From: Candidatus Doudnabacteria bacterium
Lineage (GTDB): Bacteria > Patescibacteriota > Doudnabacteria > UBA920 > 2-01-FULL-46-14
DNA: 64,000 nucleotides
NCBI GenBank assembly: GCA_041497195.1
Contig: JBGQGB010000001.1
Coordinates: forward strand, 213,504 to 277,503
Reading direction: 5' to 3'
Below, piece after piece: positions 8,103-17,813 of this stretch. Position numbers and translations under genes: made by a program. Within the stretch, counting starts at the first letter, position 1. Each line of letters begins with the position of its first letter. Under the pieces are notes generated by a model that worked only from the letters and a program-made list of their open reading frames with translations, was not told the DNA's origin and searched no databases.

Positions 8103-8103
8103 A

Positions 8104-8658
8104 TTAGTTGAGTATTTCTGGTCGAATATAAAATCGAAACTTCCAAACTGCATCTGTTCGCTTTTCGAGATTCAGCAGAGGAAAATTGACGTTGTTAAAA
8201 TAAGAAGAAGCCAAGAGGTTTTGCCTTAATTGTAAAACGGATTTTCTATCACTGGCACGGCCGCTTGCCTCAACCTTCAGGCTACTTCTACTAATAGTCA
8301 AACTATCGACAGTCAGCCCCGCGGGTAACAATCTGGCAAATTCGATCAAAACTGGAGATAGATTTTGATGTCTGGCGCTAAGGGTCCGAAAATTAGTCAA
8401 ATTTAGATTGAAGTCACCTGCGGCTTTTTGAATTCCCTGCTCTTGAAGCTTGTTAAAAGCAATTTGTTCGGTCTGAACTCGTTGTTGTGAAATCTTTAAT
8501 TCTTCCTGCAAAAAAGTCTGGGCAGCAAAAATCAAAACCGCCAAAATAAGAAAACTTAACCCCAACCAAAATCCAAAACTCCATAACTCTGTATGAATTA
8601 GTTGGAGTTTATACTCCTTTTGCTCGTCAGACGGAAGAAGATTGACAAATTTTTTCAT
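8104..8658 (-). CDS. pilN: type IV pilus assembly protein PilN-like
   Basis: 184 aa with a single TM (FGFWLGLSFLILAVLIFAA) followed by coiled coil. It lies immediately downstream of pilM. Confidence 0.6.
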   Translation of the reverse strand: MKKFVNLLPSDEQKEYKLQLIHTELWSFGFWLGLSFLILAVLIFAAQTFLQEELKISQQRVQTEQIAFNKLQEQGIQKAAGDFNLNLTNFRTLSARHQNLSPVLIEFARLLPAGLTVDSLTISRSSLKVEASGRASDRKSVLQLRQNLLASSYFNNVNFPLLNLEKRTDAVWKFRFYIRPEILN

Positions 8659-8667
8659 AAAATGTCC

Positions 8668-9795
8668 CTAATCAATTTCCCTGAGTCCCAAACCTATTGC
8701 AGTTGCAAAACTCAAAGAATCATCACGTGATAATGGCGGGGTTTGGCCTTTTGCCAAAACATTTGCCCAAGGATTTCCCAATTCGATTTTCAAATCTAGA
8801 AGTGAACGAAGAGGATGAGCATTGTCAGTTTGATGAGAAAGTTTTTGGTGCAAAAAAGACGGCAGATGCTTCAATTTACTTGATCCTCCACAAAGTACCA
8901 AGCGTGAAATTTTGCTGCTCCCGCTGGAGTGTTCTTCAAAAAAACGAATAGTATTTTTTATTTCTTCGATCAAGTTATTTAGCGGCGATCTCAAAGCTTG
9001 CTTCACCGTCCCATGCTCCGCTTCTTCATCAATTCCCACCTCGCGTTTCAGCCGCTCAGCGACTTCTCTATCTATCCCCAAAGATTTGGCAATGGCATCG
9101 GTAAAAACATCTCCGGCGATTGCAAAGGATGACGTAAATTGAAGCGTGCCGTGATCGCTAATGATTAGACTTGTACGGACTGTATCAATATCCACAATCA
9201 AAACTGCCTCTTGCGTTTTGGACATCAGGCTGCGAGCAGTCGCTTGGGATTCCACTTCCAAAGCAACTGGTTGAAGTCCTGCATCTTTCAAAACTTTGAC
9301 CAAACTATCTACATAATCTTTCGGAGCCGCGGTAATGAGTACCGTCATTTTCTTGCCCGAGGTCTGTGCCTCTCCGCCCAAGTCTAAACTAGGTAAAGTG
9401 GGCGAAAGAACGACCCAATCGAGATAAACCTGACTAATAGGAAGGGGTATGTAAGCTTCGGCTTCCCAAGGAACTGCCTCAACGGCCTCTGCCTCGGATA
9501 ATGCAGGCATTTGAATTACCCGGACAAATGATTTTGTCTCCGGTATCGAGGCGACCACTTGTTTTGTAGTCACTTTGCCAAATTTCGGCGATGCGATGGC
9601 TGACCTAATCGTTTTGACCAGAGCATTTGGATCCTGAATTTTGTCGCCCGAAAAAATCGCCTTTGACATTGTGTAATCTGAATAAGCCTGAACGTTCTTT
9701 TTTCCGTCTAGCCGATAAAACTGAATCAACTTTACGGAAATATCACTAATATCAAGCCCCAAAGGTGATTTGTGGTCGCTGAAAATATTAAGCAT
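8668..9795 (-). CDS. pilM: type IV pilus assembly protein PilM (actin-like ATPase fold)
   Basis: N-terminal GLDISDISVKLIQ, LVVDIDTVRTSLII and GGSSKLKHLPSFL motifs are typical of PilM/FtsA-like proteins. Confidence 0.8.
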   Translation of the reverse strand: MLNIFSDHKSPLGLDISDISVKLIQFYRLDGKKNVQAYSDYTMSKAIFSGDKIQDPNALVKTIRSAIASPKFGKVTTKQVVASIPETKSFVRVIQMPALSEAEAVEAVPWEAEAYIPLPISQVYLDWVVLSPTLPSLDLGGEAQTSGKKMTVLITAAPKDYVDSLVKVLKDAGLQPVALEVESQATARSLMSKTQEAVLIVDIDTVRTSLIISDHGTLQFTSSFAIAGDVFTDAIAKSLGIDREVAERLKREVGIDEEAEHGTVKQALRSPLNNLIEEIKNTIRFFEEHSSGSSKISRLVLCGGSSKLKHLPSFLHQKLSHQTDNAHPLRSLLDLKIELGNPWANVLAKGQTPPLSRDDSLSFATAIGLGLREID

Positions 9796-9844
9796 TGGTT
9801 TGTCTAAGACAGAATTTTTGTTTCAATTTGGAGAACTTATTTAT

Positions 9845-9853
9845 ATTATAGCA
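9845..9853 (-). promoter_or_regulatory. extended -10 element (TGCTATAAT on minus strand) upstream of pilM
   Basis: Sits in the 110-nt gap between the 453-aa gene and pilM. The -35 is weak. Confidence 0.3.
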
Positions 9854-9905
9854 CAAATCGAACCAAAAGTAAAACAAAACGCAAAACGATACATCCAAGC
9901 TTTCT

Positions 9906-11267
9906 TCAATTTATTTCTCTCCAAGTACCTCGCTCAATTTTCCACGACCCACCAGGCCCACCAGTAAAATTAACACTAGCCAAACCAGTCTCATAAGTTA
10001 TTATTGAATTGTTTGACAAGGAAATCTGCCAGCCAGTAACTTCCCGAAGTTGGGCATTGTTCGCGACGGCCACGGTTCCGTTTGCCGCGTAAGCGATCAA
10101 AGCATCGGCGTTATTGGCGATTGAAAAAGCACTGCCACTAAATGAGGTCGTCAGCATCATTATATAACTACTCGGGCCGGCTTTTTGAAAAATTGCATCA
10201 TTGGAGACGTCGATTATTCCATCCGCAACGATGACCTCGCTACCGTTTCCATAACTCGGCGACAAAGTGATGATGGCGTTATTGGAAACTGAGATTTTTC
10301 CGTTTACCCAAATGGGGCCGGTCAAGGTCAATTCTGCTCCGTTTGAAAGCGTCAAATTTCCCGTTATTTTTTTTGGTCCGATAGTTGCTTGGGCGAAATT
10401 GCTCAAGGCATAATCTCCAATAATCGTCCCACCGCTTGTCGCCTGATTCTCCCAATCTGTGATTTCCTGATTAGAGATGGGTAAAGGAATGCTTTGTGGG
10501 TTAGGCTCGCCTGGATATGGAGTATTTTGCGATCCGCTGATTGTACAAGAAGTTTTTGTCGTATAAGAAGCGTTACCGCCGACCGTACAGTTACTAACTG
10601 AGTACATAAAAGCGCTTGCACCAACCGTGACATTGTCCATGGCGTAGCCATAGGCGTTGGCCCCGACAGCGACGTTAGTATCGATTTGATTGGCATGAGC
10701 GTTACCATCAATCTGCACACGATCAAAAATCCTACCGGTCGCACCGCTCGAATAAGCATCGCCGGTAATGTGGGCTCCGGCTGCACCATCAATGGTTCCA
10801 TCACTGTAAACACTGCCATTGATTAGAGAATTATTACTCATCACGAGTCCCCCCTGGCCAACTTGCACCCCATAATTAAAACTCACGTTCGTGGTGTCAA
10901 TACTCACCCGCACTTTTATCTGTTTCGTTACTTGCGGAGCGGCTTTGTTTGGAATATAACCTGTTGCAGTAATTTCTCGTAGACTTGAAGAAAGGTTGCT
11001 GATACTAGTATCAAAGACCCCGGCCCCTAGAATGGTTCCGGTTTCACCAGTATAACCACCTGCTGTTTGGTTCAGTTGCCAAACGGCTTTGTCGATAGCT
11101 GCTTCTGCCAATTGCAACGCTTGCTCTTTGGCCACCGCAATTCTTGTCGCGCGGACATTTAGAAAAACGTACGAAAGCAGAGCGGAAACCAAAGTCATAA
11201 CCACTACCAAAAAAATAATCGAAAGGATCATGATTTGACCAGACGAATATGATTTATTCATAGGCAT
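9906..11267 (-). CDS. pilus-associated secreted repeat protein (453 aa) with an N-terminal TM/pilin-like anchor and Gly/Asn/Ser/Thr-rich, beta-helix-like repeats
   Basis: Its start overlaps the stop of the pseudopilin gene by 1 nt. It has a hydrophobic N-terminus without the GFxxxE motif, and repeated (N/S)xxVGxN / GxAxxxG segments. Confidence 0.45.
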   Translation of the reverse strand: MPMNKSYSSGQIMILSIIFLVVVMTLVSALLSYVFLNVRATRIAVAKEQALQLAEAAIDKAVWQLNQTAGGYTGETGTILGAGVFDTSISNLSSSLREITATGYIPNKAAPQVTKQIKVRVSIDTTNVSFNYGVQVGQGGLVMSNNSLINGSVYSDGTIDGAAGAHITGDAYSSGATGRIFDRVQIDGNAHANQIDTNVAVGANAYGYAMDNVTVGASAFMYSVSNCTVGGNASYTTKTSCTISGSQNTPYPGEPNPQSIPLPISNQEITDWENQATSGGTIIGDYALSNFAQATIGPKKITGNLTLSNGAELTLTGPIWVNGKISVSNNAIITLSPSYGNGSEVIVADGIIDVSNDAIFQKAGPSSYIMMLTTSFSGSAFSIANNADALIAYAANGTVAVANNAQLREVTGWQISLSNNSIITYETGLASVNFTGGPGGSWKIERGTWREIN

Positions 11268-11860
11268 TATTTATTTCGTAAAGTCACGGAACCGCTTATT
11301 TGTTCTGAGGCAGGAAAACGACCGGAGTCAGCAAGGCTAAATTGATAATCGACAGCATGGGCCAAATTAAAATCAGAATTGTCATAGCTCAAATTGATAC
11401 TGTTCAATTTATTAGAAAGTTCAAGAAAACGACCGTGACGATTGCTAGCCGGGTCTGGCGCGACCGTCAGAATTAAACGAGCAGAATTGTTCGGGTCTTG
11501 ACCGATGATCGCGTAATCGTAAGTATTTGGAATTATTTGATTAGAGCTATCAAGTGACGGCAATTGCAAAACAATAAGGTTCGCCCCGGTCGTGTACGTT
11601 ACCGAATTGTAAACATGCGAAGGAACAAAAGCGATAGCGGTACGAACGTAAAGTACTAACTGATCTGCCGCTTCTCGAGCTTCATTGTTAAACCTAACCC
11701 CCCCGGATTGCGTCTGATAAAATTGATTGCTGGAAAGAAAAATACCTACCCCCAAAACTACCAAAATTGCCATCAAAGCAGTCACTACAAGAATTTCTGA
11801 CAAAGTAAAGCCAGAAAAAAACGATTCAAGAGTGAAGGTGCGGTTTTTATGGTTTGCCAA
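11267..11860 (-). CDS. pseudopilin/minor pilin with prepilin-type N-terminal cleavage/methylation domain
   Basis: SGFTLSEILVVTALMAILVV matches the class III signal (G-F-T-L-x-E). Confidence 0.7.
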   Translation of the reverse strand: MANHKNRTFTLESFFSGFTLSEILVVTALMAILVVLGVGIFLSSNQFYQTQSGGVRFNNEAREAADQLVLYVRTAIAFVPSHVYNSVTYTTGANLIVLQLPSLDSSNQIIPNTYDYAIIGQDPNNSARLILTVAPDPASNRHGRFLELSNKLNSINLSYDNSDFNLAHAVDYQFSLADSGRFPASEQISGSVTLRNK

Positions 11861-12224
11861 GTCCGATGCTGCCTATTAAAGTTTCTAAACTCACACTGTG
11901 CGAGCCGCTAGCGTCAGACCAAGAAATTGTCACGACCGCGTCCTTGATTTTAGCGCTACTCTGATAGCTAGCCACTGTCAAGTTTGCACTGCCGGAGGGC
12001 AATTCGGCCAGAGCCGCGTCATTGTAAGAACCACTGGCGGGCAGAGACGCATATGACGTATTTCGAAGTTCCTCAATTTTCTTCGCCGCCAGATGATACG
12101 CAAGGTTTTGATTCCGCGCCGTTTTTATCAGAGGAAGAGACGATATCACCAAACCGAAAATAGTCATGGTAACCAAAAGGAACGCCAGGGCAATAATTAC
12201 CTCCACAAGGGTAAAACCTTTCAT
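11847..12224 (-). CDS. type IV pilin (prepilin N-terminal methylation domain), Ser-rich C-terminal half
   Basis: MKGFTLVEVIIALAFLLV, 125 aa, with an ATGA overlap with pilC. Confidence 0.75.
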   Translation of the reverse strand: MKGFTLVEVIIALAFLLVTMTIFGLVISSLPLIKTARNQNLAYHLAAKKIEELRNTSYASLPASGSYNDAALAELPSGSANLTVASYQSSAKIKDAVVTISWSDASGSHSVSLETLIGSIGLGKP

Positions 12225-13438
12225 ATATTTTGACCAATATTGTAAATCGGCAAAATCAAACCCACGGCTAACACGCCGACAATCGCGCCAATCACAATCA
12301 CCAAGATAGGTTCGATGATTGATGAGAGATTTTTCATGGTATCGTCAACCTCCGTTTCGTAGAAATTGGCGACTTGGGCCAAAACTTTCTCCATGGTTCC
12401 TGATTCCTCGCCGACCTGAATCATTTGGGTGACCATTGACGTAAAAAGCTTGGGATATTTTTCCAGTGCGACCACGAGATCCACCCCAATTTTAACTTTG
12501 TCGGCAGCGTCGGCGAGAGCTTTCTGATAATAAATATTGGTCATCGTATCGCTTGTAATTTTCAAAGCTTGAACAATAGGCATCCCCGAACGCAACAAAC
12601 CGCTGAAAATAATGGTAAAGCGGGCCAGGTTGAGTTTTTTCACAATTTTGCCGATAATGGGCAGGGTGATATAAATTTTATGCATGACAGCGCGTCCTCC
12701 CTTGGTCTTTTGCCAAAACCAAAACGACGCAAATAGTGCGATAAAAACCAAAAGCACGAGAAATGAATATTTAGACATAATGTCAACGACTCTGATAATC
12801 ACGACGGTTAAGAGGGGTAACTGAGTATTAAACTCTTTGAAACTGGCAGTCAATTTCGGCAGGACGAATGCGAACATAAGATAGCCAATGATTACCAGGG
12901 CCACCAAAACCACTGCAGGATACATCAAAGCACCACGGGTCCTGCGCAACAAATTGTAGTCCCGGTCAATTTGCACTCCCAAATATTCTAAAGTCTCGTC
13001 CAGATTTCCGGTCTCCTCCCCGACTTTCACCATATTCGTGAGCATGGGCGAAAATACTTTCGGGAAGGCCTCCATACTTTCGGACAAAGTCTTACCCGTC
13101 TCCACATCATGGGCAATAGTCGCCACAACGCTTTGAAAATAGGGGTTTGGCATTTGTTTAGACAGGACGTGAATAGCCTTGGCAACTGGCAAACCGGCCT
13201 TGATAGTGACCGATAAATTGTTTATAAAGGTCAATTTTTCTAAAAGCGAAACATGGGAAAAAATTTTCCTAAAAAGATCGTTGAAATTCAGCGACCCTGA
13301 TCGTTTTTCCACGATTGCAGTCGGGAGAAGTCCTTGACTGCGCAGCATTTGTCCGACCGCTTCTCGCGACGGTGCATCAAGCACGTCGGTAATAGTTCTA
13401 CCTTCCCGATTACGGGCGGTATAAGCAAATGATGGCAT
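12221..13438 (-). CDS. pilC: type IV pilus platform protein PilC (GspF family)
   Basis: 405 aa, three TM segments and a duplicated GspF domain (..GETGNLDE.. and ..GEESGTMEK..). Confidence 0.85.
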   Translation of the reverse strand: MPSFAYTARNREGRTITDVLDAPSREAVGQMLRSQGLLPTAIVEKRSGSLNFNDLFRKIFSHVSLLEKLTFINNLSVTIKAGLPVAKAIHVLSKQMPNPYFQSVVATIAHDVETGKTLSESMEAFPKVFSPMLTNMVKVGEETGNLDETLEYLGVQIDRDYNLLRRTRGALMYPAVVLVALVIIGYLMFAFVLPKLTASFKEFNTQLPLLTVVIIRVVDIMSKYSFLVLLVFIALFASFWFWQKTKGGRAVMHKIYITLPIIGKIVKKLNLARFTIIFSGLLRSGMPIVQALKITSDTMTNIYYQKALADAADKVKIGVDLVVALEKYPKLFTSMVTQMIQVGEESGTMEKVLAQVANFYETEVDDTMKNLSSIIEPILVIVIGAIVGVLAVGLILPIYNIGQNI

Positions 13439-13441
13439 ATT

Positions 13442-15196
13442 TTATTCCTTACTTACTCTCAAAACCTCGGCAATTGTCGTCAAACCTAGATGAGCTTTGA
13501 TGAAACCATCTTGCCACATCAAGACCATCCCATCCTGAACAGCTTGCTCCTGGATTTGGTTGGTAGTCGAGCGAGCTAGAATCAATTTGGCGACGCTTTC
13601 CGTGATATCCAAAACTTCATAAATGCCCATGCGACTCTTATAACCAGAGTGTCCGCATTTATCACACCCGCGTCCTTCGTAAAATTCCGCGTCTTGGATG
13701 TGTTTTATCTTTTTGTCCAAAACCTGTTCCCGTTTCATAACCTCCAGCAAATGGTCAAGATTAAAATCCAGCGACAAACTCTGAACCATCTTCTCGTCCA
13801 ATTTTACCTGGGCTTTACAATCGGGACAAATTTTTCGAACCAAACGTTGACCAATGATAGTGTTGAGAGTTGAAGCGATGAGATAAGGCTCGACGCCAAT
13901 ATCCAACAACCGTGGAATCGCGCCGGCCGCATTATTGGTGTGTAGTGTCGACAAGACGATATGGCCGGTCATGGCCGCATGGACGGCTTCTTCCGAAGTC
14001 TCCAAATCACGAATTTCTCCGATCATAATGATATTGGGGTCTTGCCGCAACAGCGCCCGCAACCCAATCGCAAAAGTCAGTCCGATCTTCGGATTGACTT
14101 GCATTTGATTTACTCCAGGCATCCGGTATTCAATCGGGTCTTCGATGGTGCTGATGTTAATGCCTTTAACATTCAGTTTGGTCAAAAAGGTATACAAAGT
14201 GGTGGATTTGCCTGAACCGGTCGGGCCAGTGATGAGCGTCATTCCATGCGGCCTTGTTAAATTACGCTTGATGACCTCAAGCGACGTCCGCGCAAATCCG
14301 AGCTCTTCAAAAGTCAAGGCTTTGGCCCCTTCATCCAACAGACGCAAGACGACTTTTTCTCCGTCAAACACCGGAATAGTCGAGACTCGGAAAGAAATAT
14401 TATACTCGTCGGTTTGAAGCTTGAAACGCCCGTCTTGCGGCAACCGGTGTTCGTCTATTTTCAGATTGGACAGGACTTTCAGGCGGGCAACCAAGGCTGG
14501 TTGAATAATTTTTGGCAGAGTCATCACGTCATGAAGAATCCCGTCAATTCGATAGCGGACAATGACTTCCTTTTCTTGCGGTTCAATGTGGATGTCCGAA
14601 GCCCCTTCAAAAATTGCGTATTCGAGAAGGGTGTCGACTACGCGCACTACCGGAATTTCTTCGGCCATTTTCTTGAGGGACTGGTCTCCCTCACTTTCCA
14701 CACTTTCTGTCGCCGGAGCCCCTTGTTTTTTGGTAGTGAGGATTTTTTCAAACTCAGCCTTTAGGCTGCTATGGTACTGGGCGAGAGCGAATTCCATCCC
14801 GGTCTTTGTAGCGAGATGCGGCTTGATGACGAATCCGGTTTTCTTTTTGACAAATTCCCTGGTCTGCAGGTCCTCGGGGTCGGTCATGGCCAAATCCAAC
14901 TCCTCGCCGCGTTTTTTGAAAGCCACGACCTGGTGCCGATGCGCAATCGGCTCGGGGATAATCTTCAAAACTTCCTCGGGAATCTTAATCTGCGTCAAAT
15001 CCACGAGCGGAATTTTGAGAAAATCACTAACTAATTTGGCAAGCCGCTCCTCGGGAATAATTTTCCGGACAACTAAATAATTCACCAGGGGCTGCTTTTT
15101 GTCCTGGGCTTCTTTTTCCAATTCTGCAAAATCAACATCTTTGATTATCTGTTGATCCACAAGAATTCGCTTGAGGTCAGTTGAGGCCAGAGCCAT
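13442..15196 (-). CDS. pilB: type IV pilus assembly ATPase PilB (GspE family)
   Basis: N-terminal T2SSE_N domain, Walker A GPTGSGKST, Asp and His boxes, and a tetracysteine motif CPDC...CDKCGHSGY. Confidence 0.9.
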   Translation of the reverse strand: MALASTDLKRILVDQQIIKDVDFAELEKEAQDKKQPLVNYLVVRKIIPEERLAKLVSDFLKIPLVDLTQIKIPEEVLKIIPEPIAHRHQVVAFKKRGEELDLAMTDPEDLQTREFVKKKTGFVIKPHLATKTGMEFALAQYHSSLKAEFEKILTTKKQGAPATESVESEGDQSLKKMAEEIPVVRVVDTLLEYAIFEGASDIHIEPQEKEVIVRYRIDGILHDVMTLPKIIQPALVARLKVLSNLKIDEHRLPQDGRFKLQTDEYNISFRVSTIPVFDGEKVVLRLLDEGAKALTFEELGFARTSLEVIKRNLTRPHGMTLITGPTGSGKSTTLYTFLTKLNVKGINISTIEDPIEYRMPGVNQMQVNPKIGLTFAIGLRALLRQDPNIIMIGEIRDLETSEEAVHAAMTGHIVLSTLHTNNAAGAIPRLLDIGVEPYLIASTLNTIIGQRLVRKICPDCKAQVKLDEKMVQSLSLDFNLDHLLEVMKREQVLDKKIKHIQDAEFYEGRGCDKCGHSGYKSRMGIYEVLDITESVAKLILARSTTNQIQEQAVQDGMVLMWQDGFIKAHLGLTTIAEVLRVSKE

Positions 15197-15291
15197 ATTG
15201 GTTTTGATTTCAGGTGAAGCAGAAACAGCAAATACAAATATCAGATCAGAGTTCCCGACATCTGTATTGTTCTACGATGTAGAGTTATTTA

Positions 15292-15300
15292 ATTATATCA
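15292..15300 (-). promoter_or_regulatory. extended -10 element (TGATATAAT on minus strand) upstream of pilB
   Basis: About 95 nt upstream of the pilB ATG. It overlaps the last codons of the Wzy_C gene. Confidence 0.35.
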
Positions 15301-17748
15301 TTTTTTGCAGGTTGTTTCCAGTTCGTGCAAAAATTGCTGGCCCTGAACAGCGTAAGCATTGTCGATCTGGACTGCCGCCTGAACTTGCTCTCGCGCATTC
15401 ACCAAATCACACATTTGTCCGTATATCGAGGCCAACTGGGCATGCAGAACAGGACTACCCTGATTCATGACCAACGCTGCTTTGTAATTTTCGATGGCTT
15501 TAGAATTGTTGCCGGCTTGCAGATATGCTTGGGCCATGCTTTCGTATTCCTGTTCAGTAAAATGGATATTCAAAATATCAAGGATATATTTCGTCTCAGA
15601 GGCAACGAGACCCTCGCGTCCAGAAATGATTGCAGCCAACAAATAATTAAACCGTGTTTCTTTGGTGGTGGGGTTTAACTCCACTGCTTTTTGAAACTGG
15701 TACAGACCTGTCGGGTAATCTTTTTTGGAAAAATATGCCTGACCTAATTCAACATAAATCTGGGAACGAGTCGGGGAGAGACTCAAGGCCTTTTGCCCTA
15801 ATGTGACGACTTCGCTTAGGGCATTTTGATCGCTGGAATAACGATTTAAAAGACTCATCTCATACAAATAACTTTTCACATCTTGCGGGGCTTCCTTGAT
15901 GCTTTTCTGTATCTCGCTAGTCGCGTATTGATAAAACTCGGCCTTTTCCTGAGGAGACAGGTCCGGGCTGCCTTGCGCGGCGTTGACGTAATCAACCATC
16001 CGTTCCCTGATTTCTTGGTCCATATAAGTTCCGTACGATAGGGCGTGTTTGAAAGCCGGCTCCACCGCTCGATAATTTTGTAGAGCTCCCATTTTTATTC
16101 CCTGGGTCGCATAATAATTGGCAAAGGCTGGCTTGAAATTGACAAAAAGCGCGACAGTAAAAACAATCACTCCCAGAATTATCGGGAAAACTAATCCGGG
16201 ATTGTAGCTGGTTCCTGCCCCCGGCATTTGATCCTCGCTGTCAGAAAAGTTTTTGAGAAAGGCAATGAAACCCAAAAACGTAAAAAACATCAAATAGGTA
16301 GCCTGCGTATCGAAGACAAACATATTCTGGATGAAATAAGCCAAAAGCGTAACCGTCAAAATCAGCGGAAACTGCCAGGGCAAATCCGCAGCATTCTTTC
16401 TGAAAAGTTTCCACAATGTGCCAAAAGCGGCCCCAAAAATTCCCAAATATGCAATCAACCCGACTAAGCCAGAGGTGACGCCGACATCGAAAAATATATT
16501 GTGGGCTCGGTCAAACCAAATTTGACTGCCTTGTTTTTTGAAAATCCTGGCTGGGAAATATTTATTGAAAGCGACATTGTAATTTTCATAGCCGTAACCG
16601 AGAAAAAAACGATCCTTCCAACCCTTCCAAGAGGCTTGCCAGGTATCCAGACGAGACTGTGTCGTAGTATCGTTCACGGAAATGGTCGTCATTCTGAAAA
16701 GGGTACGATTTTGCTTGACCCAATTAGCGTTGCGACTAGCATAAATCAGCGCCGCGGAGAGAATGAGAAAAAAAAGCAGGCCTGATGACACTAATTTGAC
16801 AGATTTGCTAGAAGATTTAAAAATATAAAACAAAAAGTATACAAGCAGAGCAACGAACATGGCGACAAGCGCCCCGCGAGTTTGGGTTTGAAATAAAATC
16901 AACAACTGAAAGAAAAAGGCGGCAGCCAAAAACGGCTTGGTAAATTTTCCTGCCGCAAAAACCACGGCAGCAGCCACAACCAAGTAGACGACAAAATATG
17001 GAAAATAAATCAGCTGGCCGAAACTATCAAACGAGTGAGCTTCGTTGAGTTGAAACAGCAAAGCCAGAACGACTGCAAAAAGAGCCATCAGCCAAAGGGG
17101 TAAAGTAATCGGTTCGTCTTTTTTGATGGAAAAAAACAAATACAGGCTAAGAAATGCCCCGAAGATCAGGAAAGCAGCATAAAACGCGGCATTACCGATC
17201 GTCGCGGAGATCCGATCCCCCCCTGTCGGCAATAGCCTGGCGCAGAAAGCATTCTGGTCAGGTGAAATCTGGGCATTACAATTCAATTGGGCAAAACCAT
17301 ATAGAGCGGTACAGGTGATTATAATGATGGCAATTAGAAAAAAACGCGACCATTCCTTTTTCGATCGCAGGGTGCTGGCTAAAATCGTAAAATAAGCGGC
17401 GAAATGAAGAATCGTGACGATCCCTTCACCTCTCTCCACTGTGCCAAAGAAGCTGCGATGAAAATTCACGCCAAAAAGACTTGCAATCAAAATCACAGCG
17501 ACGTAAATCCACACCGCGCGCATTAGCCAGTTCCATCGCGGACGAACTTCTGGATACCGAAGCGCCAAAATCAAATAAATACAAAGAGCGATTTCGACCA
17601 ACAACCGGAAAAACAAAATTTTGGTAGTGATGAAGGGAAACAAAAACATGCTCCAGACCCACACAGGTGTGAGCAAAAGAGCATATAAAATAACCTTTAA
17701 AAATTTGTAAAGGCGGCTATCATCTAAGGCCGCGACTGGATTAGCCAT
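15298..17748 (-). CDS. Wzy_C (O-antigen ligase/PglL/PilO-like) polytopic membrane protein with C-terminal TPR repeats (816 aa)
   Basis: At least 10 TM helices, a periplasmic loop with R...H and the GYGYENYNVAF motif typical of Wzy_C, and a C-terminal roughly 300-aa TPR region. Confidence 0.6.
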   Translation of the reverse strand: MANPVAALDDSRLYKFLKVILYALLLTPVWVWSMFLFPFITTKILFFRLLVEIALCIYLILALRYPEVRPRWNWLMRAVWIYVAVILIASLFGVNFHRSFFGTVERGEGIVTILHFAAYFTILASTLRSKKEWSRFFLIAIIIITCTALYGFAQLNCNAQISPDQNAFCARLLPTGGDRISATIGNAAFYAAFLIFGAFLSLYLFFSIKKDEPITLPLWLMALFAVVLALLFQLNEAHSFDSFGQLIYFPYFVVYLVVAAAVVFAAGKFTKPFLAAAFFFQLLILFQTQTRGALVAMFVALLVYFLFYIFKSSSKSVKLVSSGLLFFLILSAALIYASRNANWVKQNRTLFRMTTISVNDTTTQSRLDTWQASWKGWKDRFFLGYGYENYNVAFNKYFPARIFKKQGSQIWFDRAHNIFFDVGVTSGLVGLIAYLGIFGAAFGTLWKLFRKNAADLPWQFPLILTVTLLAYFIQNMFVFDTQATYLMFFTFLGFIAFLKNFSDSEDQMPGAGTSYNPGLVFPIILGVIVFTVALFVNFKPAFANYYATQGIKMGALQNYRAVEPAFKHALSYGTYMDQEIRERMVDYVNAAQGSPDLSPQEKAEFYQYATSEIQKSIKEAPQDVKSYLYEMSLLNRYSSDQNALSEVVTLGQKALSLSPTRSQIYVELGQAYFSKKDYPTGLYQFQKAVELNPTTKETRFNYLLAAIISGREGLVASETKYILDILNIHFTEQEYESMAQAYLQAGNNSKAIENYKAALVMNQGSPVLHAQLASIYGQMCDLVNAREQVQAAVQIDNAYAVQGQQFLHELETTCKK

Positions 17749-17813
17749 GGACTCAGTTTAACGAATCCGGAATGACTGGTCAAATCTCGAAATTTTGCTA
17801 TAATTAGAAGGAA

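Noticed and set aside
10403-10819. 138-aa minus-strand ORF inside the 453-aa pilus-associated gene, and the plus-strand ORFs antisense to the C-methyltransferase (29037-29609)
   Set aside because: These are alternative frames of or antisense to longer coherent genes, with no motifs.
15298-17748. Calling the 816-aa protein a Wzy O-antigen polymerase or WaaL lipid-A-core ligase
   Set aside because: No LPS core/lipid A genes are present in the window, and the protein carries a long TPR domain. Placement next to pilus genes fits a protein O-oligosaccharyltransferase better, though this remains a hypothesis (see findings).
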